Notes under the pieces: generated by a model
What the model was told of the DNA's origin: nothing
Database searches by the model: none
The model's input: only the letters and a program-made list of their open reading frames with translations
Shown here: piece after piece, positions 14,701-23,642 of the stretch
Numbering within the stretch: the first letter of the stretch is position 1
Layout: the number at the start of each line of letters is the position of its first letter
Made by a program: the position numbers and the translations under genes
Source: a virus
Virus record (IMG/VR): IMGVR_UViG_3300011921_000003
DNA: 34,957 bases
Strand: one strand, 5' to 3'

Positions 14701-15056
14701 ACGGTTACTGGGACACCGGAACATGGGACGATGCGACATGGGATTATGTGCCTGTCATCGTCGAGATGGATATGCACGATGGCGGTAAACGCAAGAAAGA
14801 GGAAGAAGAACACCGCAGGGCAGAAGCAGCAAAGGCAAAAGCAAGGCGAGATGAGGTTTTAGCGTTATTTGAGCAAATAGTAGAGGGTAAACCAAGGATT
14901 GCAGAGGAAATTGCAGAACCGTTTGTTATTGAGGCCACAGCCCAAGCGCCGGCGGTAATCAATTACGATGCAATGTTGGCTGATTTAGATCGTGTAAACC
15001 GGATTTACAACGAACACATAGAAATGGATGATGAGGACGTTATAGCTCTGTTATGA
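14697..15056 (+). CDS. Hypothetical head-module protein (119 aa)
   Basis: ATGA overlap with the portal gene. It has a W/D-rich N-terminus, a charged helix and an acidic C-terminus. Confidence 0.6.
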   Translation: MNGYWDTGTWDDATWDYVPVIVEMDMHDGGKRKKEEEEHRRAEAAKAKARRDEVLALFEQIVEGKPRIAEEIAEPFVIEATAQAPAVINYDAMLADLDRVNRIYNEHIEMDDEDVIALL

Positions 15057-15373
15057 AAAAAACTTACATATACGTTAATGGCGAATTAGTCGAAAAAGGC
15101 TCAAAAGAGCATTACGAGAGCCTTGGCCCAATGGTAATGCCAGACATTCAACCCTACAAATCCATGATCGATGGGTCGATGATTACGAGCCGGTCTGTCC
15201 ATCGTGACCATTTACGACAACATGGTTGCATTGAAGTTGGCAATGAGAAGATGGAAACCAAGTTGCCACCACCAAAAGACACACGCAGGGAAGTTATGCG
15301 GCAGCAGTTGGCAAACATGACGCATAAACAGGCAAATCAAGTTCTTTCACAACTACGCCGTAAATTTACCTAA
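15053..15373 (+). CDS. Hypothetical head-module protein (106 aa)
   Basis: ATGA overlap with the previous gene. It lies between the portal and scaffold genes. Confidence 0.6.
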   Translation: MKKTYIYVNGELVEKGSKEHYESLGPMVMPDIQPYKSMIDGSMITSRSVHRDHLRQHGCIEVGNEKMETKLPPPKDTRREVMRQQLANMTHKQANQVLSQLRRKFT

Positions 15374-15379
15374 AGGGGT

Positions 15380-16300
15380 ATGCAATTGGAAAATACTGAA
15401 CAGCCAGATCGTCGAGAATTACTGTCACAGCAGTTCGATGAGGTTCAGAATGAAGCACCAGTCGAGGCAGTAAGGACGCAGGAACAACCTAATCTTGAGC
15501 CACCGGCAGAGCCACCAGTTTGGGAAAGACCGCCAGCATCGTGGAAGAAGGATTATCACGAAGCCTGGACAACTGCTGATCCAAAGCTAAAAGAATATGC
15601 TTGGAAACGTGAAGAAGAAATGAAAGCAGGGGTTCAGCCTTTGCTGTCAAAAGCCCAATTTGCCGATCAAATGCAGCAGGCCATTGAGCCTTATATGCAG
15701 AACATTCGTGGGCTTGGCATTGAAGCACCGCAAGCGGTTAAAGCCTTGATGGAGGCCGACAACGTATTGCGTCACGGCTCACCACAACAAAAACAAGCAT
15801 ATTTTGCCCAATTAGCCCAACAATATGGGATCAATATGGGCGAGGTGCAGATTCAACCAACTGATCCTAATTTTTACGCCATTCAAAACGAGCTTGCACA
15901 AGTTCGTGGCGAGGTGTTAAATTGGAAGCAACAGCAGGAAGCGGCACAGAATCAAGCGCTTTTGAATGAAATTAGTGAATTTCAGACAAAAGCAGAGTAT
16001 TTTGAAGAAGCACGTCCAACAATGATCCAACTGCTTAACAGCGGTGTGGCGAAGGACTTGGATGATGCGTATCAAAAAGCAATACGCCTAGATAACGACC
16101 TGTTTACAAAACATCAGCAAGCCTCACAGGGTCAAGCAGATGCAGCGAAACGGGAAGCATCGAACAGAGCGGCGAAAGCAGCTAGGGCGGCAGCGGTCAG
16201 CGTTAAAAGTTCCACACCAGGGGCGGCAACGGCAACCAAAGCGCAAGATAGGCGTTCATTATTGATGGAACAGTTTGACAATCTTAATGAGCGTTTTTGA
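15380..16300 (+). CDS. Scaffolding protein (putative)
   Basis: 306 aa, rich in Q/E/A and predicted helical. It lies immediately upstream of the major capsid gene. Confidence 0.5.
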   Translation: MQLENTEQPDRRELLSQQFDEVQNEAPVEAVRTQEQPNLEPPAEPPVWERPPASWKKDYHEAWTTADPKLKEYAWKREEEMKAGVQPLLSKAQFADQMQQAIEPYMQNIRGLGIEAPQAVKALMEADNVLRHGSPQQKQAYFAQLAQQYGINMGEVQIQPTDPNFYAIQNELAQVRGEVLNWKQQQEAAQNQALLNEISEFQTKAEYFEEARPTMIQLLNSGVAKDLDDAYQKAIRLDNDLFTKHQQASQGQADAAKREASNRAAKAARAAAVSVKSSTPGAATATKAQDRRSLLMEQFDNLNERF

Positions 16301-16320
16301 TAACCTAATCGGAGATTACT

Positions 16321-17322
16321 ATGGCATTTGCCAATAGCTCGATCAGCGACATCATTGCGACTAACATTCAAAGCCGCACGGGTGAACTTGCTGACAACGT
16401 AACAAATAACAACGCTTTACTGCGCCGTTTGAAAGAACGTGGCAACGTAAAGACGTTTTCTGGCGGTAACGTGATTTTGCAAGAGATCATGTATAACGAC
16501 AGCGCAACAGACAACACTAACTCGTATTCGGGTTACGAAGTCTTGAACGTTAGTCAAAACAGCCCAATTTCTGCTGCTCAATTCTCGATCACTCAGTATG
16601 CTGCTGCAATTTCAATCAGCGGCTTGGAAATGATCCAAAACAGCGGAAAAGAAGCAATCATCGACTTGCTAGATGGTCGTATGTCTGTTGCTGAGGCACA
16701 ATTGGCTAACCGTATTTCGCAAGATATTTATCTTGACGGTACTGGTAACTCAGGCAAGAACATCACAGGCCTCGGCGCTGCTGTTCCTGACGCACCCACA
16801 ACCGGCACTTACGGTGGCATCAATCGTGCAACTTTCACGTTTTGGCAATCTGTTGCCTACTCAGGCGTGACTAACGGCGGCTCTGCTGTTTCGGCATCGA
16901 ACATCCAGTCTTACATGGACGCTCTTGCTGTTCAGTTGATTCGTGGAACAGACAAACCTGATCTGATCGTTTGCGACAACAACTATTACAAGTTGTATTT
17001 GCAATCGTTGCAATCAATCCAACGCATCACAGACGGCGGCAATTCGTCAGCTGGCGCAGGCTTTGCATCGTTGAAATACTACGGCGCTGGCATGGCATCA
17101 GATGTGATCTTAGACGGTGGTATCGGTAACGATGCAACTGCCAATCATATGTGGTTCTTGAACACGAAATACATTATGTTCCGTCCACACGCTGACCGTA
17201 ATTTCGTGCCAATCGGCGGCGAGCGTCAAGCAGTTAACCAAGACGCAATCGTTAAGCTCATCGGATTTGCCGGCAACCTCACTTCTTCAGGCCCGCAATT
17301 CTGCGGCGTTCTGATCGCTTAA
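16321..17322 (+). CDS. Major capsid protein
   Basis: 333 aa with a strong 'ggag' SD. Its position is right for a capsid gene. The N-terminus 'ADNVTNNNALLRRLKERGNVKTFSGG' and 'TGTYGGINRATFTFWQ' resemble BPP-1/epsilon15-type podovirus capsid proteins, from memory. Confidence 0.75.
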   Translation: MAFANSSISDIIATNIQSRTGELADNVTNNNALLRRLKERGNVKTFSGGNVILQEIMYNDSATDNTNSYSGYEVLNVSQNSPISAAQFSITQYAAAISISGLEMIQNSGKEAIIDLLDGRMSVAEAQLANRISQDIYLDGTGNSGKNITGLGAAVPDAPTTGTYGGINRATFTFWQSVAYSGVTNGGSAVSASNIQSYMDALAVQLIRGTDKPDLIVCDNNYYKLYLQSLQSIQRITDGGNSSAGAGFASLKYYGAGMASDVILDGGIGNDATANHMWFLNTKYIMFRPHADRNFVPIGGERQAVNQDAIVKLIGFAGNLTSSGPQFCGVLIA

Positions 17323-17333
17323 AGGAAACCATC

Positions 17334-17867
17334 ATGGCATATACATTCGACGAACCACGTTTGGGACTTCAGCAAATTGCTCAAGTCAACGACACAGTAG
17401 TGACAGCTGGCGGTACAACTATCGTTGCGCCACCGGCAGTTTTAGGCAGTATTGTTCGTGCATTTGATCCAGTTTACGGCGAGGGTGAGTTCATCCTGCT
17501 GTTAGGCGTGGCATCAACTGTTGTTGGTTCTGTTGTGCGCTACAACGCTACAACTTACCAAACAACTTTGGTTGTCAACACCGCCGTTCAAGACGTGCCT
17601 GTTGCAGTCGCTATGGCGGCTTGCACAGCGGGTCAATACGGTTGGTATCAAATTGCTGGTAATGCAGTCATCAAGAAAACTGCTGTGACCGTTGCACCTA
17701 ACGTCACTCTGTTCTTGTCGGCTACAGCCGGTCGTGTAAAAGTCTTGGCATCTGCCGGCTTGCAAGTTGTTGCTGCTCGTTCAGCCAACCTGACAACCGT
17801 CACTTCTACGACTTCAACCATTACCGTGACAATCAACCGTCCACATCTCCAGTCACAGATCACCTAA
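17334..17867 (+). CDS. Capsid decoration/cement protein (putative, DUF2190-like) with a Ser/Thr-rich C-terminal tail
   Basis: 177 aa, rich in V/A/T/G beta-type sequence, directly after the capsid gene. The C-terminus reads 'ANLTTVTSTTSTITVTINRP'. Confidence 0.4.
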   Translation: MAYTFDEPRLGLQQIAQVNDTVVTAGGTTIVAPPAVLGSIVRAFDPVYGEGEFILLLGVASTVVGSVVRYNATTYQTTLVVNTAVQDVPVAVAMAACTAGQYGWYQIAGNAVIKKTAVTVAPNVTLFLSATAGRVKVLASAGLQVVAARSANLTTVTSTTSTITVTINRPHLQSQIT

Positions 17868-18635
17868 ATGATTGAAGCTGTACTTGATGTTGTAGGGAAC
17901 ACAGAGCCTGACGTTTTGTTGGGCAATGTGCAGCGATCCGTAAAAAGGTCGCTGCCTTGGTTTGATTTTGACGAGTCACCCCAGGGCAGCGTCTGTCTTG
18001 TTGGTGGTGGGCCAAGTCTGGTTGACACGATTGACCAGTTAAAAGCCCGTCATCAAAACGGCGCAAAAGTATGGGCAATGAACGGCTCTTACGATCATTT
18101 GCAAAGCCAAGGCATTATCCCTGACGTAATGGTAATGCTTGACGCTAGACCAGAGAACGTGAGATTTGTTCAGAATCCACAGCAATTGACTACGTTTTAC
18201 ATTACTAGCCAATGCGACGATGCAGTATTTGATGCGTTGGAAGGTTACAAAGTGGTGCTAGTTCACGCCAATACGCCTGGCGTTTATGAGTTGCTTGAGC
18301 ATGAAAAGGCTCGACCAGTTCACCTGATGGGCGGGTTTACAACTGTTGGCATCTTGTCGTTGATATTGGCTAAGTTGCAAGGGTTTCAGCGTATCTTTAT
18401 GTTTGGCATGGATTCAAGCTACCGAAATGGCGAACACCATGCTTACAAACAAGAAAGTAATGACGCAGAACGTGTAATTGACGCTATGATTAACGATGTG
18501 ACGTACAAGTGTGCGCCGTGGATGGCACAACAAGTTACAGATTTTCAGAATGTCGTAGCAGGCTTTGGTGATGTTACGATTGAAGTATGTGGCGATGGAC
18601 TTTTGCACGAAATGGCAAAAGCGATGAGTAACTAA
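17868..18635 (+). CDS. MptE/Maf-like Rossmann-fold protein (DUF115 family)
   Basis: 255 aa. 'VCLVGGGPSLVDTIDQL' and 'GGFTTVGILSLILAKLQGFQRIFMFGMDSSY' fit the two conserved blocks of the DUF115 family (6-hydroxymethylpterin diphosphokinase MptE-like / motility accessory factor). Confidence 0.55.
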   Translation: MIEAVLDVVGNTEPDVLLGNVQRSVKRSLPWFDFDESPQGSVCLVGGGPSLVDTIDQLKARHQNGAKVWAMNGSYDHLQSQGIIPDVMVMLDARPENVRFVQNPQQLTTFYITSQCDDAVFDALEGYKVVLVHANTPGVYELLEHEKARPVHLMGGFTTVGILSLILAKLQGFQRIFMFGMDSSYRNGEHHAYKQESNDAERVIDAMINDVTYKCAPWMAQQVTDFQNVVAGFGDVTIEVCGDGLLHEMAKAMSN

Positions 18636-18650
18636 ACTTTAAGGATTATC

Positions 18651-19013
18651 ATGGCATTTCCATCTAGAATTATGGGCGCAGGCAATTCATCGTTAACTGC
18701 ACAAGTAATCTGTGGCGAAGGCGCTGTCGGCCTAGTCGCTACTGGCACAACCGCAGCAGATGCTTTGCAGCTAAACGTGTCAAACAACACGATCACAACT
18801 TCAGCAGCATCGACTGGCGTTAAGTTGCCACCTTGCGAAACTGGCGCTGAAATGATTATTCGTAATGATTCGGGTCAGACAATTACCGTCTATCCTTACA
18901 ATACAAGCACTACAATGAACGCAGCTGCCGCAAGTGTTTCGCTTGCAACGGCTAAAACAATGTTGGTAAAAGCAACTTCCGCAACTACATGGGTAACAAT
19001 CACAGGGGCTTAA
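18651..19013 (+). CDS. Small Ala/Ser/Thr-rich beta protein (120 aa), distant paralog of 11455..11766
   Basis: It shares the 'TAQVICGEGAVG' motif and the C-terminal 'WVTITGA' with the 11455 protein. By my count about 50 of its 120 residues are A, S or T. Confidence 0.6.
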   Translation: MAFPSRIMGAGNSSLTAQVICGEGAVGLVATGTTAADALQLNVSNNTITTSAASTGVKLPPCETGAEMIIRNDSGQTITVYPYNTSTTMNAAAASVSLATAKTMLVKATSATTWVTITGA

Positions 19014-19014
19014 A

Positions 19015-19551
19015 TTGGCTTTAGACAGCGATATTCACAGCGCAGACAACCATTTGCACGTTGAATTTTACGTTTACGACAAAGAACCGTATAAAGAAAA
19101 GCCGTTTGTTAGAATTACAGTACCAGGCGATAAAACAAACATTGTTGACCAACCCGTTCGGGAAGATCACAAAAGACGTTTTCCACGCCAATGGTTGCAC
19201 TTTCAGATGCAAAACAATAACGCAGAAGTTATTGGTGTGCCTCTGAGCCAATGGGTAAAAGACGATCCTGAAAACTTTAACGATATGCAGATGGCAGAAT
19301 TGCAAATCTTTAAGTTTCAGACCGTTGAGCAAGTTGCTACCGCTACCGACAACCAATTGCAGCGTGTTGGCATGGGTGCGGCAGGCTTGCGAGAGTTGGC
19401 AAGGCGTTATTTGCAAGTTAAAAACCAATCTTCAAGCCAGACTGAGATTGAAAACACTAAGCAGGAACTTGCTCTAGTAAAAGAGCAAATGGCGGCTTTG
19501 ATGGCTCAGTTGCAGGAAAAGAAGGTTGGGAGGCCAAAAAAAGAGGAATAA
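19015..19551 (+). CDS. Hypothetical virion-module protein (178 aa)
   Basis: TTG start with 'agggg' 6 nt upstream, and there is no in-frame ATG for about 60 codons. The C-terminus is a helical, charged tail. Confidence 0.55.
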   Translation: MALDSDIHSADNHLHVEFYVYDKEPYKEKPFVRITVPGDKTNIVDQPVREDHKRRFPRQWLHFQMQNNNAEVIGVPLSQWVKDDPENFNDMQMAELQIFKFQTVEQVATATDNQLQRVGMGAAGLRELARRYLQVKNQSSSQTEIENTKQELALVKEQMAALMAQLQEKKVGRPKKEE

Positions 19552-20460
19552 ATGTCATCAACGATGCTACAGCTAGTCACCCAAGTTACCAATGAATTGG
19601 GTGTATCAACGCCAACTACTGTGGCATCGAATACGAACCAAGATGTAATTCAAATCTTGGCGTTGATGAACGCTGCCGGTTATGAGTTCTTGCGAAAGCA
19701 TGACTGGCGAGAATTAACCAAACAGCACACGTTTACTACCGTTTTTAACGTAACGACTGGTGATGTGGTTGAAAACACATACACAATTACCGGCATCCCA
19801 TCGACTGCTGGGCTTGATACAACGTATCAGGTTGTGGGTAATGGTATCTCAAATGCGGCTTACATTGAATCAGTTGACTCAGCTACGCAAGTAACGATCA
19901 ACTTACCCGCTACAGGGACGTATTTGGGCACGTCAATCACTTTTGAAAAGGTCAAGTACGATCTACCCACAGATTACGAATCAACCGTTCCTAGAACCCA
20001 TTGGGACAAATCAAAACATTGGGAAATGCTTGGGCCTGAAAGTCCACAGCAATGGGAATGGTTGTTATCGGGGTTTATCGCTACTGGCCCACGGATTCGC
20101 TGGCGTTTGTTGGGTAAATACTTTCAGATTTGGCCTGGCGTTTCGACTAACGAGTTGTTGGGCTACGAGTATCGGTCAAAAGGTTGGGCATTATCTGACA
20201 CGGGAACAGTAAAAAATTCATTTACTGCCGACACAGATACCTGTATTTACCCAGATCGACTGATGGTATTGGCTACAAAGCTCAAGTATTTCGAGGCTAA
20301 AGGCTTTGATACTACAGCGATGTATCGCAACTATATCGAGGAGTTTGAGATTGTTCGGGCGCAGGATACGTCAGCGGCTAACTTGTCGTTTGCACCACGC
20401 CCAGGCACAGTCTTGATTGGCTACGACAACATTCCTGACACCGGCTACGGGACAAACTAA
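19552..20460 (+). CDS. Virion structural protein (302 aa, putative adaptor or tail component)
   Basis: The call rests on position in the structural block and a TAAATG junction with the previous gene. I recognised no specific motif. Confidence 0.55.
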   Translation: MSSTMLQLVTQVTNELGVSTPTTVASNTNQDVIQILALMNAAGYEFLRKHDWRELTKQHTFTTVFNVTTGDVVENTYTITGIPSTAGLDTTYQVVGNGISNAAYIESVDSATQVTINLPATGTYLGTSITFEKVKYDLPTDYESTVPRTHWDKSKHWEMLGPESPQQWEWLLSGFIATGPRIRWRLLGKYFQIWPGVSTNELLGYEYRSKGWALSDTGTVKNSFTADTDTCIYPDRLMVLATKLKYFEAKGFDTTAMYRNYIEEFEIVRAQDTSAANLSFAPRPGTVLIGYDNIPDTGYGTN

Positions 20461-21989
20461 TGGCAAGCCGACTTGTTCAAGGTACGGCGGCACGGGTTCA
20501 GTCATTACCAGCGCCTATCGGTGGTTGGAACGTGCGAGATTCCATTGCAAACATGGATACGCTCGATGCCGTTCAATTAACCAATTTGTTCCCCACAGTC
20601 AATAATGTAGTTTTGCGTGGTGGATATACAAAATATTCCACCGGCATCACGGGTCAAGTTCAGACTTTGATGGGCTATTCAAGCGGTGCAACTGACGAAT
20701 TGTTTGCAATTGCAGGAACGTCGATTTACGACTGTACTGCTGGCGGTGCGGTTGGCGCAGCGGTCAAAACGGGCTTGAGTAACGCAAAGTGGGAATACAC
20801 AAACGTTACAACGCCTGCCGGCGGTTATCTGTATTTAGTCAATGGCGTAGATGCGCCATTACTGTATAACGGGTCAACTTGGACAAATCCAACCATTACT
20901 GGCGTAACGGCAAGCAGTTTAAGCAACATTGCCATTTTTAAAAACCAAGTTTGGTTTACGCAAAATGCAAGTTTAAAAGCATGGTATTTGCCGACTTTGA
21001 GCATTTCAGGCGCAGCTGCTGCAATTGACATGAGTTCGGTTGCCCAACTTGGTGGATTCTTGGTTGCCGTGGGAACGTGGACAATTGATGCAGGCTACGG
21101 CGTAGACGATAACTTAGTGTTTATAACGTCCAATGGCGAGGTTATTGTTTGGGCGGGTACTGATCCCTCGGACGCTACGAAATGGGCGCTAGTGGGCGTT
21201 TGGAGGGTTGGCAAACCCGTTGGTAAGCGATGCTTACTAAAGTACGGCGGCGATATGCTGATGCTGACTTATAACGGACTGTATCCACTTGCCGCAAGCC
21301 TGCAATCATCTAGACTTGATCCCCGTGTTGCGCTGTCGGATAAGATTCAAGGTGCATTTACTGCTGCAACGCAAACGTATGGCAGTAATTTTGGGTGGGA
21401 CATTATGTTCGACCCACAGCACAACGCTTTGACGGTCAATGTGCCAGTCGCTGAAGGCCAACAACAGCAGTATGTGATGAATAACATCACAAAAGCCTGG
21501 TGCAACTTCACAGGCCAGTACGCTAATTGTTGGGCTATCTTTGACAACGAGCCGTATTGGGGTGGCAATGGCTTTGTTGCCCATGCGTGGGATGACAATT
21601 ACGCTGATGATACAAGCGACATAAACGGCTATGCGTTGCAAGCGTTTAATTATTTTGATGCCCGTGGGTACAAAAAGTATTTCACTAGAGCTAGACCGTC
21701 GATCTTTACTAACGGCACACCGTCAATATTCATTGGTTTAAACATGGATTTTGATTTAGCAGACACGACTGCGGCGCTAAGTTTTAGCCCACAAGTATCT
21801 GCTAAATGGGACGTTGCGTTGTGGGATGTTGGCTACTGGGCTACGGACACGGTCATCACAAACAATTGGCAAGGCGTAACTGGCATTGGTTATTGCGCTG
21901 CAACACAGTTTAAATCTGCCTCTCAAGGAACAACAATTCTATGGGCATCAACGGACATTGTTTACCAACAAGGTTGGGGTGGCATATAA
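20460..21989 (+). CDS. Virion structural protein (509 aa, putative tail tubular/nozzle component)
   Basis: TAATG overlap with the previous gene. It is a large beta-rich protein in the tail block of a genome with no tape-measure or tube genes. Confidence 0.55.
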   Translation: MASRLVQGTAARVQSLPAPIGGWNVRDSIANMDTLDAVQLTNLFPTVNNVVLRGGYTKYSTGITGQVQTLMGYSSGATDELFAIAGTSIYDCTAGGAVGAAVKTGLSNAKWEYTNVTTPAGGYLYLVNGVDAPLLYNGSTWTNPTITGVTASSLSNIAIFKNQVWFTQNASLKAWYLPTLSISGAAAAIDMSSVAQLGGFLVAVGTWTIDAGYGVDDNLVFITSNGEVIVWAGTDPSDATKWALVGVWRVGKPVGKRCLLKYGGDMLMLTYNGLYPLAASLQSSRLDPRVALSDKIQGAFTAATQTYGSNFGWDIMFDPQHNALTVNVPVAEGQQQQYVMNNITKAWCNFTGQYANCWAIFDNEPYWGGNGFVAHAWDDNYADDTSDINGYALQAFNYFDARGYKKYFTRARPSIFTNGTPSIFIGLNMDFDLADTTAALSFSPQVSAKWDVALWDVGYWATDTVITNNWQGVTGIGYCAATQFKSASQGTTILWASTDIVYQQGWGGI

Positions 21990-22387
21990 CCCAAGGCGTT
22001 GATGTAGGTCATTGGGTAGCAGAGCGAGTGCAGGGTAAGTATTTTGCAGACGGGTCGCAAGCAATTGGGTTAGAGCGTGACGGTCAAATTATTGCAGGCG
22101 TAATTTACGAGAATTGGAACAAAGCCTCGATTGTGTGCCACATAGCAATTGAAGGACGCATTACAAAAGGGTATTTAAAAGCAATATTTAGCTACCCTTT
22201 TGAGTTTTGTAAGGTAAAAAAGATTATTGTGCCGGTGAGCAGTACCCATGCAAAAAGCCTAAAATTAGTTACAAAGATGGGTTTTGTTGAAGAAGCAAGG
22301 GTAAAAGATGCAGCACCGGATGGCGATATTATATTTTTGACATTGGCACGGGAAAAGTGTCGGTTTCTAGGGGTTCAAAATGGGTAA
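21941..22387 (+). CDS. GNAT-family N-acetyltransferase (start uncertain)
   Basis: 'GQIIAGVIYENWNKASIVCHIAIEG...IIVPVSSTHAKSLKLVTKMGFVEEARVKDA' follows the GNAT core pattern. The ATG at 21941 overlaps the upstream gene by 49 nt, and the TTG at about 21974 is an alternative start. Confidence 0.6.
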   Translation: MGINGHCLPTRLGWHITQGVDVGHWVAERVQGKYFADGSQAIGLERDGQIIAGVIYENWNKASIVCHIAIEGRITKGYLKAIFSYPFEFCKVKKIIVPVSSTHAKSLKLVTKMGFVEEARVKDAAPDGDIIFLTLAREKCRFLGVQNG

Positions 22388-23642
22388 GTCGAGCGCAGCA
22401 CCACCAGCACCAGATTATATTGGCGCAGCCAAGCAGCAAGGTAAAGACAACCTTGAATCTGCTAGGCAGTCGAACATTATGGCTAATCCCAATATGTTTA
22501 CGCCATTTGGGAATCAAACTGTTTCTTACTCAAGCCCAACATTTGACCAGGCCTCGTATGATGCAGCGTTGGCTAAATACAACGCAGGCAACGTAGATCG
22601 TAATAGATATTACAGACCAGACGAACAAACTGGGCAAACATATTTTGACCAAGCAAGTTTTGATGCCGACAATGCAAAGCGAGGCGCTGCCCCAACCCGT
22701 GAAGGGTTTATGACTGGCGGCGGTCAACCAACTGTTACCCAAACTCTCACCCCACAAGCGCAGCAGACTTTAGAGTCGCAACAGCGGGTACAGACTGCAC
22801 TTGCAAATCTTGGTGAGGTTGGCATTGCAAATGCTTACGACACGCTGTCAAAGCCGTTCACACCAACATCAACTGATATTAAAAAAGATTTTGGTGGTTA
22901 TGGCGCTGTGCCATTGTCTGAAAACTTTACGTCTAAATCTGAAGTTCCGTTGCAATACAACATTGATGCAACCAACTTTTCTGAAATGCCATTAAATGCT
23001 GGGGTTAAAGCTCAAGATTTAATTTTGCAACGTCTTAACCCGACAATTGAAGCCGGCGATACGTCATTTAAACAAGCGTTAGCAAACCAAGGTTTAGCGC
23101 CAGGTACAGCTGCTTATGATGCGGCGTATCGTAACCGTGCAAATCAAATTAATGATTTGTACAACCAAGCGGCATTGTCAGGGATTAATCTAGACATGAC
23201 TGCTCGTAACCAACAATTGCAAGAAGAATTGGCAAAAGGAAATTTTGCTAATGCGGCACAATTGTCTGGTGCAGGGTTATACAACACGGCAATGGCTGAC
23301 AACTATGGTCGAGGCATGACCACCCAAGGCACTCAGTTTAGCCAAGGACTTAATAAGGCTCAATTTCAAAACACGGCACAACAACAACAACTGGCGCAAG
23401 ATTTGGCATTACGGGCGCAACCTATCAATGAGGTTATTGGACTTATGGGCGGCTCACAGATTCAGTTGCCACAGTTTCAGGGTTATCAGGGTACGTCAGT
23501 TGCACCAGCGCCAACATTTGCGGGTACACAAGCGCAAGGTCAGGCTGATATGTCACGGTACGGTATTCAGCAAGCAGGCGCTAATGCGGGTATTCAAGGC
23601 ATCACTAGTTTGGCATCAACTGCGGCAATGGCTTATTTCTAA
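22380..23642 (+). CDS. Internal virion/ejection-type protein (420 aa, Q/A/N-rich)
   Basis: The call rests on composition and position among the large proteins at the tail end of the structural block. Confidence 0.5.
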   Translation: MGKSSAAPPAPDYIGAAKQQGKDNLESARQSNIMANPNMFTPFGNQTVSYSSPTFDQASYDAALAKYNAGNVDRNRYYRPDEQTGQTYFDQASFDADNAKRGAAPTREGFMTGGGQPTVTQTLTPQAQQTLESQQRVQTALANLGEVGIANAYDTLSKPFTPTSTDIKKDFGGYGAVPLSENFTSKSEVPLQYNIDATNFSEMPLNAGVKAQDLILQRLNPTIEAGDTSFKQALANQGLAPGTAAYDAAYRNRANQINDLYNQAALSGINLDMTARNQQLQEELAKGNFANAAQLSGAGLYNTAMADNYGRGMTTQGTQFSQGLNKAQFQNTAQQQQLAQDLALRAQPINEVIGLMGGSQIQLPQFQGYQGTSVAPAPTFAGTQAQGQADMSRYGIQQAGANAGIQGITSLASTAAMAYF

